This document shows positions 18,628 through 26,705 of a DNA stretch of 64,000 bases, piece by piece. Numbering within the stretch: the first letter of the stretch is position 1; every line of letters begins with the position of its first letter. The translations under genes were made by a program, and so were the position numbers. The stretch comes from Planctomycetota bacterium (GTDB lineage: Bacteria; Planctomycetota; UBA1135; UBA2386): NCBI GenBank assembly GCA_046290465.1, contig JBKAGP010000001.1, positions 6,272,001 through 6,336,000 on the forward strand. The letters are read 5' to 3'. The notes beneath the pieces are model-generated. The model searched no databases. It was not told where the DNA came from and saw only the letters and a program-made list of their open reading frames with translations.

Positions 18628-18906
18628 ATGGAAGAGCAACGCATCTCGTTTGATCCGACGCCCCCGGTCCGGGGCCAATCCGTCACCATCTGCTACGACT
18701 TCGATGGCGCCGGCATCACCTCGACGACCCTGCGCGTGACGTTCGACCCGGGCGGGCAGTCGTCCGACCACGACGTCAGCGACCAGAACCACTGCGTGAC
18801 GATCACGGTTCCGTCGGACGCCAAGTCGATCCTGGTCGAGGACCTCAGCGGGGTCAGCCCCAACAACACTTCGCCGTGCGTCAAGCCGGCGGCGGTCCCC
18901 GCCTAG
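18628..18906 (+). CDS. Small beta-rich hypothetical protein
   Basis: 92-aa ORF with strong third-position GC bias. Confidence 0.7.
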   Translation: MEEQRISFDPTPPVRGQSVTICYDFDGAGITSTTLRVTFDPGGQSSDHDVSDQNHCVTITVPSDAKSILVEDLSGVSPNNTSPCVKPAAVPA

Positions 18907-18912
18907 ACTGGC

Positions 18913-19227
18913 TCACTTCTGCCGGCAGACGACCATCACGCGGTCCTGCGGCGGCAGGTCCTGGACGGCCTCGGTGAACGTCTCGACGAACATCGGGGTC
19001 AGCCCGTCGATCGCGAGCTGGTTGAACATCGCGGTCAGGTGCTCGCTCTCGGTGTAGAGCGACGTCGCGCGCCAGCTCTCGGCCGGGATCGGCTTGCTGA
19101 CCACGACCTTGTAGGGACCGTTCTTGTGGATCGTCCGGACCTCGGGACTCTGCGGAGAACGGGTCGCGGCGACCAGGACGGCGACGGCGGCCGCGATGGC
19201 CACCAGGAGGGACACGGGATGACGCAT
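18913..19227 (-). CDS. Small exported hypothetical protein
   Basis: N-terminal hydrophobic signal MRHPVSLLVAIAAAVAVLVAA; ATG at 19227. Confidence 0.7.
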   Translation of the reverse strand: MRHPVSLLVAIAAAVAVLVAATRSPQSPEVRTIHKNGPYKVVVSKPIPAESWRATSLYTESEHLTAMFNQLAIDGLTPMFVETFTEAVQDLPPQDRVMVVCRQK

Positions 19228-19239
19228 GCGGCCGCGCGT

Positions 19240-19255
19240 TGCAACGGTCGTGCCT
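19240..19255 (-). promoter_or_regulatory. Sigma54 -24/-12 promoter candidate
   Basis: AGGCACGACCGTTGCA, i.e. GG-N10-GC with GGCAC and TTGCA. Confidence 0.55.
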
Positions 19256-19695
19256 GATGCAGCGTGCCGGCCCGGTGATGCCAATCCGGTGTGTCCGTTC
19301 TCGTGCGCCCGGTCTCGTGTGCCCGGTCCGGCGTGCCCGGCGTGCCCGGTGTGCGGTGCAGGGTCTCGGGGAGATCGACCCGGCGTCAGGGAGCGTGTGC
19401 CTGCGACGTGCTGCTGGTCCGCAAGTCGACGCGGCATCTCGGCCAGTTCTCGAACTTGGCGCGAAACCGGCGGGCGACCTTCGCCTACGGGCCAGCGCAG
19501 CCGTTGCCGCGCATGGTCCTCGGTTGCATGGGAAACGAACTGTATGGGCCTGCTCCGGCGCAACCGGAGTGGGCCCGTCTAATTTCCCGTCGCGGAAGCG
19601 GCGCCGCGCGGCGCTCGCACCGGTCGCACCGGGCCGCGCGGCGCGGTCAGAGAGGGAATGCCCACGAGCAAGTGCGCGGAATCGATGGACCGGCC

Positions 19696-20433
19696 CTACC
19701 GCGACTCTCCCGTCCGGAACAAGGGACGAACGCGGGTTTCGAAGTCCAGCGCGCGCCTGCGCATGGCGTGATCGAGTTCTTCGCCAGCCTGCTTGAGGCG
19801 CGGGTTCTCGTCGACCGGAGCACGGAGTACGAACGTCCCGGCCTCGCAGACGACCTGGGTGATGGCCTCGTACGGATGCCGGCGCTTCATGCGGTTGTCG
19901 GCGCTCTGGTAGGGCAGTCCCTCGGTCTCGCCGCGTGCCAGCCTCGCGTGCAGTTGCTGCTCCAACTGCGCGGTGCGCTTGTTGGCGATGGAGCGCCAGC
20001 CGTCGAGCGCGTGGTCGACGTCGTGGTTGGCGGCATCGACCATCTCGCGAAACATGTCGAGATCCGCACTCCGGATCCGGGCGTCGGCGGGGACCTTCTT
20101 CTTCCCTTCGAGATCCATGATCCCGTTGAGGAAGCGCAACCGTTCGCGGTCCTGTCCACCGAACTCGGCGATTGGAACGCTGGCCGGTTCCGCGGTCTCA
20201 CGCAGGCTGACCGGCCGGTTGGTGTTGGTATCGGTGTCGGCCTTGTCGTCTCGGTTGGCGATGGCGCCGGTCGCTGTCGACAGCGGGGCGGCCTCGGGTG
20301 GGGGGCCATCGAGCGCGGGTTCGTCCGGGTGGCTCGGCACGTCCGCTCTCTGGACGGCGTGAGCTGTCGCATAGATCGCGACGCCCAGAACTACGAACGA
20401 AGACGCTGCGATGAGGGCAGTGCGTGGTGTCAT
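19696..20433 (-). CDS. Membrane-anchored or exported hypothetical protein
   Basis: AAGGAG RBS before ATG 20433; N-terminal TM, low-complexity linker, helical domain. Confidence 0.7.
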   Translation of the reverse strand: MTPRTALIAASSFVVLGVAIYATAHAVQRADVPSHPDEPALDGPPPEAAPLSTATGAIANRDDKADTDTNTNRPVSLRETAEPASVPIAEFGGQDRERLRFLNGIMDLEGKKKVPADARIRSADLDMFREMVDAANHDVDHALDGWRSIANKRTAQLEQQLHARLARGETEGLPYQSADNRMKRRHPYEAITQVVCEAGTFVLRAPVDENPRLKQAGEELDHAMRRRALDFETRVRPLFRTGESR

Positions 20434-20632
20434 GCCTGACTCTCCTTCCTCGGTTGCTCCAACCCTACCCGCGACTGCGACATGGGGCCATCCGCCAGCT
20501 TCCGTTGGAGATGGCTGGCGTGGGTGTCGACGGCGCAGCGGATGCCTCGCGGTGCCGGGTAGCATGCAGCCTGGTCCTTGGCTTGCGCGCCAACGCGCAC
20601 GGTGCGCCGCGGTCCGCGCCGGACAGCCGCCG

Positions 20633-20785
20633 CTACCGCAGCAGGCTCTCCTCGACCGACACGCAGAACGCGCATTCGCCGTCGTGGTCAGCCTCGATGA
20701 TGCAGCGCATCACCAGGAACGAGCCGTCCTCCTGACTGAGGATCTCGAACGTGGGGCAGGGGATCTCCGGGTGGTCGTCGTTCAC
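20633..20785 (-). CDS. 50-aa Cys/His microprotein (absent from the ORF track)
   Basis: Manual translation MNDDHPEIPCPTFEILSQEDGSFLVMRCIIEADHDGECAFCVSVEESLLR; AAGGGG upstream; mostly G/C third positions. Confidence 0.6.
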   Translation of the reverse strand: MNDDHPEIPCPTFEILSQEDGSFLVMRCIIEADHDGECAFCVSVEESLLR

Positions 20786-21045
20786 GGTTCTAGTCGTGCC
20801 CCTTGCGTTGCTCTGGCCTCCACGTGCGCCGCCGCTTGACGACCTCCGTCTGAAGTTCGTTTCGACAGGCGTTGCCGGGCGCGGTGGTCATGGTTGGTGG
20901 TTGCGGACCCTGCATGGCCGGCGCAACGAACGGGCTCGTCTGCGCCTCTGCTGCTGCCGGTCGTTGCTGCAGGGATCTGCGTTCTCCTCTTCTTGATGCA
21001 GCAACGAAGCACTCGGTCGCGCCTCGTGCAACGTTTCGGAAGTCC

Positions 21046-21068
21046 GCGACCCGACAGATCTGGCAGGC
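21046..21068. promoter_or_regulatory. Third, degenerate copy of the operator candidate
   Basis: GCGACCCGACAGATCTGGCAGG; 13 bp identical to the reverse complement of the 17535 copy. Confidence 0.5.
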
Positions 21069-21264
21069 TGACCCGTGGCAGGTAGGGTGCGGTGTGGCCG
21101 TGACCCTGAGGCGCACTGCCACTCCTGGTTCGAGGAGGCGCCCAGGACTTCGTCGCTCCCGCGTCGGCCCTGGCGAGCCATTGGGTTTGAGGCCCGGCCG
21201 GAAGCGCCCGGCGTATGCCCGGGCTTCGGCAGGCCGGGGCCCGGAATCGAGCAAGGGGCGCTGC

Positions 21265-21510
21265 CTACACGACGAGTTCCACCAGCGCGTAGCCGGCCGT
21301 CCCGAAGCCGACCAGTCCTGCGACGAGCAGCGGCAGGCAGCCGCCACCCTTCTTGGTGCGCTCGGCGTTGGCTTGGCGTTCTTGCCTGCTGATCTCCGCC
21401 GACATCTGGTCGTGAAACTGGCGGTCGCGGGCGCGGCTGTCTGCCGCTCGCTGGCGCTCACGCGCCATGATCTCTTCGTTGTGCTGCCTGTCTCGTTCGC
21501 TTTGTCCCAT
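21265..21510 (-). CDS. Small protein with charged helix and C-terminal TM anchor
   Basis: AGGAG RBS and A/C-rich leader; ends KKGGGCLPLLVAGLVGFGTAGYALVELVV. Confidence 0.7.
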   Translation of the reverse strand: MGQSERDRQHNEEIMARERQRAADSRARDRQFHDQMSAEISRQERQANAERTKKGGGCLPLLVAGLVGFGTAGYALVELVV

Positions 21511-21755
21511 GGGGTCTCCTGTGGTGGTTGGGTGTTGTGGGTTCTGCTGCGTAGAGCGCGGCCGCTGGCAGCTGGGTTACAAACGAGGGCCCGATTGCGG
21601 ATGGCAGCGAACGGATGGCCGACGCGTTCTTGCGCGAGGCGGTGACGACCAACGACCAGGATCACGGCGCGGAGCGGAGTGGCGCCCTGCGCACCGACCA
21701 ACGACGGGCGGGCGACGCAACCGCATGCGAAATCCAGCACGCAGGGGATGGCCTG

Positions 21756-21788
21756 CCCGCTGGTGCGCAGCCATGCGCAACCAGCGGG
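21756..21788 (-). terminator. Hairpin immediately downstream of tmRNA
   Basis: CCCGCTGGT.CGCA / TGCG..ACCAGCGGG inverted repeat. Confidence 0.6.
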
Positions 21789-21790
21789 AA

Positions 21791-22143
21791 TGGTGGAGGC
21801 GGCGGGAATCGAACCCGCGTCCCAGAATGCCTCGACCTGAGCTTCTACGCGCGTAGTCCGTCTACTAGGTGTCGCCCGCGAAGCTCCGACGAACAGGATC
21901 GTCGCGGACCAGCTCGACGAAGTCTCGCCACCGACGGGCCGAGCAGCCGCCTGGTGACCAGCCTACTGTGTATCGCCTTGGCCCCCCGTAGGCGAAGGGA
22001 CCGCGGCGTCGCGCCTATATCTTAGGCAGCGAGGGAGTAGTGCGTGTTGGCACTTGAGGTTGTCCAGTCGGATTTACGAGGTGCCTGGCCCTCGGCGCGC
22101 CACATCAGGACGGATCAACATTCGGTCGAAGCCGATCGCCCCC
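21791..22143 (-). ncRNA. ssrA: tmRNA (one-piece), tag peptide ANTHYSLAA at 22022-22051
   Basis: 5' GGGGGCGATCGGCTTCGAC, 3' GGTTCGATTCCCGCCGCCTCCACCA; 353 nt; tag ORF ending LAA-TAA. Confidence 0.97.
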
Positions 22144-22269
22144 ACAAGGCAGCTGACGTTATCGGGCAAGCGCGGGTCCAGCACAAGGGCCGCAGATCGA
22201 GTCCGCACAAGGACCCGCCGCGGCGCTACACTCCGACCCGCCCCCTCCGTCCCGTCCGAACGGAGTCCG

Positions 22270-24033
22270 ATGCCCTCGAGAATCGCCCTGCCCCTCGCGG
22301 CGATCGTCTGCGTCCAGACGTTCGCCGTCTGCCAATCCACCGACCTCGAAGAAGCCGAGATCCAGCGGCTGGTCGCCTCCTCCGTGCGGCAGTGGCTCGA
22401 TGCGTACGAGAGCGGCCAGCTGGGGCCGCGCGGCGGTCTGCGCGACGAGGCGCGGCTGCAGCCCAAGTACCTGCGTGACGCGACCCGCGCCGGCTTCGTC
22501 GGCAGGGCCGACCGCGGCCGGCTGACGCACCTGGACGTGCTGCAGAAGATGCTGTTCTACGGCGAGAAGCACCCCAACGCCGAAATTGCCGACGTCGTGC
22601 TCGGGCTCGCCGCGACCGGCATCGAGGGCTCGTTCCTGGACCGACTGTCGTTCGAACTGCGCGAGATCGGCCACTGGACGCTGATGCGGATGGAGGACCA
22701 GGGCGTCTGGTTCCAGATCCTGCGCGCGGCCGCCGGCGAACGCGTGCCCGTGCTCGACGAGGTGCGGCAGGATGCGCGGCGGCGGCGGAACATCCAGAAC
22801 AAGGTGCGCGCCGACGAGGCGGTGTCGGTCGGCCCGGCGCGGCGGGTCGCGGCGCTGCGGCTGCTCGGCCAGCGCGGTCTGCCGGTGTTCCGCAGCACGC
22901 TCGAGGCGTCGCTGGTCGATCCGGATCCGCGCGTGCGGCTGGCCGCGGCCGAGTCGATCCGGCCGCCGTGGAAGACCAAGACGATCCGGCGCGTAGCGAC
23001 CGCGCTGCGCGACGAACGGCACCCCGTCGTCAGCCAGGCGTTGGTGCGGCTGCTGTTCACGATGGTCAAGCGGCCGCCGAGCGACATGAGCCGCGAGGCC
23101 CGCGACGAGATCGTGGCCGGCGCGTTCACGCTGTTCGGCAAGGCCGGCTGGCGGACCGACATGGACCTGGTCGACATGGTCGAGGCCTACCCGAGCAAGG
23201 CGGCGATCCCGTATCTGATCGAGGCGCTCGATCTCGAACGGCAGCCCGACCAGCTGGTCGCGGCCGTCAACAAGCGCGCGTCGCCGCTGCTGCGGCAGCG
23301 CGCCGGCGGGTTGCTGCGGGCGATGACCGGCGCGCTGGTGCCGATCGAGGATGCGCAGGCGTGGCGTGAGTTCTGGGCGCGCGAGCAGGACCACATCCGG
23401 GTGCCCGACCAGTTGCCGATCGCCGACCCCGACGGCACCCGCGTGGCGTTCTTCGGCGTGCCGGTGACCGGCACGTCGATCGCGTTCCTGATCGACACCA
23501 GCGGCAGCATGGACGACCCGCCGGGCAACCACGGTCCGGTCACCGGGCCGCGCCGGCTGCGCCGGGCGCGCACCCGCCTCGAGGCCGCCAAGGAGCAGCT
23601 GACGCTGGCGACCCAGGCGATGGACGAGTCGTCGCAGTTCTTCTTGATGACGTTCTCGGACAAGGCGCGCACGTGGACGCGGCGGCCGCTGCGTCCCGGC
23701 AAGAAGGTCACGCGCGGGTTGACCGGGCTGCTGAGCCGGCTCAATGCGCGCGGCGGCACCAACCTCTACGACGGCCTGATCACCGCGCTCGAGATCGAGG
23801 GGCGCAAGTTCGGCGACGCGGAGCTGCCGAAGATCGACGAACTGTTCGTGCTCAGCGACGGCCAGCCGACCACCGGCGAGGCCCGCGACGCGGACACGAT
23901 CTGCGAGATGGTGCGCGAGGCCAACAAGTACGCGAAGGTCCGGATCAACACGGTGTTCACCGGCGCCGGTTCGGGCAGCGCGCTGCTCGAGCGCCTGGCC
24001 CAGGAGAACGGCGGCGTGTTCGTGCAGCGCTAG
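22270..24033 (+). CDS. Secreted HEAT-repeat plus vWA domain protein
   Basis: Signal peptide; DPDPRVRLAAA HEAT repeats; MIDAS DTSGSM, GGTN, LSDG. Confidence 0.88.
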   Translation: MPSRIALPLAAIVCVQTFAVCQSTDLEEAEIQRLVASSVRQWLDAYESGQLGPRGGLRDEARLQPKYLRDATRAGFVGRADRGRLTHLDVLQKMLFYGEKHPNAEIADVVLGLAATGIEGSFLDRLSFELREIGHWTLMRMEDQGVWFQILRAAAGERVPVLDEVRQDARRRRNIQNKVRADEAVSVGPARRVAALRLLGQRGLPVFRSTLEASLVDPDPRVRLAAAESIRPPWKTKTIRRVATALRDERHPVVSQALVRLLFTMVKRPPSDMSREARDEIVAGAFTLFGKAGWRTDMDLVDMVEAYPSKAAIPYLIEALDLERQPDQLVAAVNKRASPLLRQRAGGLLRAMTGALVPIEDAQAWREFWAREQDHIRVPDQLPIADPDGTRVAFFGVPVTGTSIAFLIDTSGSMDDPPGNHGPVTGPRRLRRARTRLEAAKEQLTLATQAMDESSQFFLMTFSDKARTWTRRPLRPGKKVTRGLTGLLSRLNARGGTNLYDGLITALEIEGRKFGDAELPKIDELFVLSDGQPTTGEARDADTICEMVREANKYAKVRINTVFTGAGSGSALLERLAQENGGVFVQR

Positions 24034-24076
24034 GAGCGAGCTGGCGCGGGCCGGGCCGAGCCGGCACGATGCGGCC

Positions 24077-25252
24077 GTGTCCGAACCGCCGAGCCCCAGC
24101 GCCCTCAGCGCCGCCGACGCGCGCCGTAGCTGGGTGGGGCTGGCCGGGTTCTACACGGCGAGCTTCAGCGTGCTCGGGGTCTACATGCAGTTCCTGCCGG
24201 CCTGGCTGCACGACGTGCAGGGATTCGGCAAGCGGGACATCGCGGTGATCCTGTCGGCGCAGACGATCTCGCGCACGCTGGCCGGGCCGCTGTGGGCGCA
24301 GTGGCTCGATCGCTGCGGCGACGCGCGGCGGGTGCTGAGCCTGCTGTCGGCCGGGGCGCTCGGTGCGTTTGCGCTGTTCGCGCTGGCGCCGTCGCTGGTG
24401 CTGGCGTGGTGCGTGGCGTTCGGGTTCGGCTGCCTCTATCCGCCGATGCATCCGATCCTCGACGCGACGTCCGTGCGCGAGGGCGCGCGGCACGGCTACT
24501 CGTTCGGCCGGCTGCGCGTGGTCGGCTCGGCGTCGTTCCTGGTCGTGATCCTGGTGGTGGGCTGGTGGCTCGAACGCGCCGGCACCCGGCAGGTGTTCGC
24601 GATCCTGGTCGGCTGCCTGCTGTCGACGGCGATCGCGGCGCGGTTCGTGCCGCGCGGCGAGGCGCCGGTGACGGAGCCGGGCGAACGGCGGGCGCCGTGG
24701 TGGCGGCTGTTGCGCTCGGGACCGTTCGTCGGCGTGCTGCTCTGCTCGGCGCTGATCCAGGGCAGCCATGCGACCTATTACCAGCTGTCGACCGTGCACT
24801 GGAGTGAACACGGCATCGACAAATCGATGGCCGCCGTGCTGTGGGCCGAGGGCGTGCTGGCCGAGATCGTGCTGCTGTTCTTCGCCAAGAGCACGTTCGA
24901 ACGGCTGCGTCCGACGACGCTGCTGATGGTGGGCGGCCTCGGCGCGGCGGTGCGCTGGCTGTTCGTCGGTGCGACCACGTCGTTCGGCCTGCTGCTGGCG
25001 ATCAACTGGCTGCACGCGCTGAGCTTCGCCGCGACCTACCTGGGCGCGATCCGCGCGGTCGAACGGCGCGTGCCCGCGGCGCAGCGTGCGACCGCGCAGG
25101 GCATGCTCGGCGCCGCGACCTCCGGCGGCGGCATGGTGTTCTGTGGCCTGTGCGGCGGCTTCGCCTACGAGTCGTACGCGGGCGGCGCGTTCTACCTGAT
25201 GGCGGCGTTCGCGACCCTCGGCGTCCTGCTCGCCGCTGGCCTGCGAAAGTAG
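24077..25252 (+). CDS. MFS transporter (HcaT/MFS_1-like)
   Basis: About 12 hydrophobic segments; FGRLRVVGS and AEI motifs. Confidence 0.88.
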   Translation: MSEPPSPSALSAADARRSWVGLAGFYTASFSVLGVYMQFLPAWLHDVQGFGKRDIAVILSAQTISRTLAGPLWAQWLDRCGDARRVLSLLSAGALGAFALFALAPSLVLAWCVAFGFGCLYPPMHPILDATSVREGARHGYSFGRLRVVGSASFLVVILVVGWWLERAGTRQVFAILVGCLLSTAIAARFVPRGEAPVTEPGERRAPWWRLLRSGPFVGVLLCSALIQGSHATYYQLSTVHWSEHGIDKSMAAVLWAEGVLAEIVLLFFAKSTFERLRPTTLLMVGGLGAAVRWLFVGATTSFGLLLAINWLHALSFAATYLGAIRAVERRVPAAQRATAQGMLGAATSGGGMVFCGLCGGFAYESYAGGAFYLMAAFATLGVLLAAGLRK

Positions 25253-25326
25253 CGGTGCGTCGCGGTTCAACTTCCGCGCTCGCGCGCGGAAGTTGGAGGA
25301 TGAACCGCGTACCGTACCGCTACTTT
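25246..25326. repeat. Inverted REP-like doublet forming a long hairpin
   Basis: AAAGTAGCGGT...ACCGCTACTTT outer arms with inner AACTTCCGCGC/GCGCGGAAGTT; between convergent genes. Confidence 0.75.
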
Positions 25327-25334
25327 CGGTGGGG

Positions 25335-26630
25335 TCAGCGGCGGCGGAGGTGGAGGGTCAGGAAGAACAGCAGGCTGGTGGCGACGGCGGCGAGCAGGCC
25401 GGCGAAGTGGTGGAGCGGGGTCGCCGTGAGCTGGTCGACGACGCGGGTCCACGAGGGCTGGGCGAGTTCGGCGAGCGGGGTGGCGTCGGGGGCGAGGTCG
25501 GGTTCGCGCCACAGCACCGGCACCGCGAACGCGCCGAGCGCGACGGTGGTCAGCACGTTCTTGAAGCGCAGCACGCCGAGGCGGCGCCAGGTCAGGGTGA
25601 CCGCGGCCAGCACGCCGAAGGTGCCGAGCACGGTCACCAGGTGCGCCGGATCGACCTTGGCGCCGGCCAGCGGCAGCGCCGGCGCGCAGAACAGCGTCAC
25701 CAGCAGCAGCCACAGGTGCGCGCCGCGGCGACGCAGCGGCTGGTCGAGCCAGTCGTCGAGGCCGGCGGCGCCCATCACGGTGATCGCGAGCACGCTCAGC
25801 CACCACGACATCGCCGGCACCGCCCAGGTCGTCATCACGTTGGGCATCGATGCGGCGACATTGGGAATGGTCAGCAGCACGGTCGGCGTCGCGCCGACGA
25901 TCGCCAGCAGCAGCCACAGCGTCGTGGTGACGTGGCGCTGGCGCCGCAGGATGCCGAACAGGGCGAACCAGACCAAGAACGGTCCGACCACGCGCACGAC
26001 GACCATCGGCGTGGTCTCGCCCGCCAGCACGCGGGCGATCGCCGGCGAGCGCGGTGCGCCGAGCCAGCCGACCAGCGGGTCGAGCCAGATCAGGTTGACG
26101 ACGGCGACGGCGCCGATGGCGAGGCCGAGCAGCACCGGCAGCAGCGGCACCCGGCCGTCGCCGCGGCCGCTGCGCAGGATCGTCACCGCCAGCATGCCGA
26201 GGCCGAGCGCGGTCGCGAGCGTCGCGACGACGGTGACCCCGACGACGAACGGCAGCGCCAGGCTGAGGCCGATCCACGGCAGCCAGGTCGTTCGCGAGGT
26301 CGGCCGGTCGCAGTGTCCGATCGCCTCGAGCCCTAGCGGCACGAACGCGGCCGCCAGCTGCTCGCGCGGCGTGCCGACCAGGCCAGAGAACAGCGGCGAC
26401 ATGCCGTAGGCGATGCCGCCGAGGAACGCGGCGTAGCGGCTGCGCCCCTGCACGCGCAGGAAGCGGTAGGTCCACATGCCGCCGACGGCGCCCGCGAACG
26501 CCGTCACCCAGGCCTGCTCGCACAGCTCGTCGAGCCGCCACGCGGCGGCGACGTGCACCAGCGCGGTGAGCAGCCCGATTGCGCAGACGGCGACGATGCC
26601 CTCCCTGCGTCCGGTGCCGAACAGGCTCAT
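25335..26630 (-). CDS. Polytopic membrane protein, short YfhO-like
   Basis: GMWTYRFLR.QGRSRYAAFLGGIAYGMS segment resembles the neighbouring YfhO proteins. Confidence 0.7.
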   Translation of the reverse strand: MSLFGTGRREGIVAVCAIGLLTALVHVAAAWRLDELCEQAWVTAFAGAVGGMWTYRFLRVQGRSRYAAFLGGIAYGMSPLFSGLVGTPREQLAAAFVPLGLEAIGHCDRPTSRTTWLPWIGLSLALPFVVGVTVVATLATALGLGMLAVTILRSGRGDGRVPLLPVLLGLAIGAVAVVNLIWLDPLVGWLGAPRSPAIARVLAGETTPMVVVRVVGPFLVWFALFGILRRQRHVTTTLWLLLAIVGATPTVLLTIPNVAASMPNVMTTWAVPAMSWWLSVLAITVMGAAGLDDWLDQPLRRRGAHLWLLLVTLFCAPALPLAGAKVDPAHLVTVLGTFGVLAAVTLTWRRLGVLRFKNVLTTVALGAFAVPVLWREPDLAPDATPLAELAQPSWTRVVDQLTATPLHHFAGLLAAVATSLLFFLTLHLRRR

Positions 26631-26705
26631 CGACGGATCTCCCGTGGCGTCAGAGCAGTTGCGCGTGCGGTGGCTTGCACGCCGCTTCTTCGTCGTTCGC
26701 CGGGG

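Noticed and set aside
20790..20891. 33-aa ORF MTTAPGNAC... on the minus strand
   Set aside because: No SD, weak codon bias and no recognisable motif
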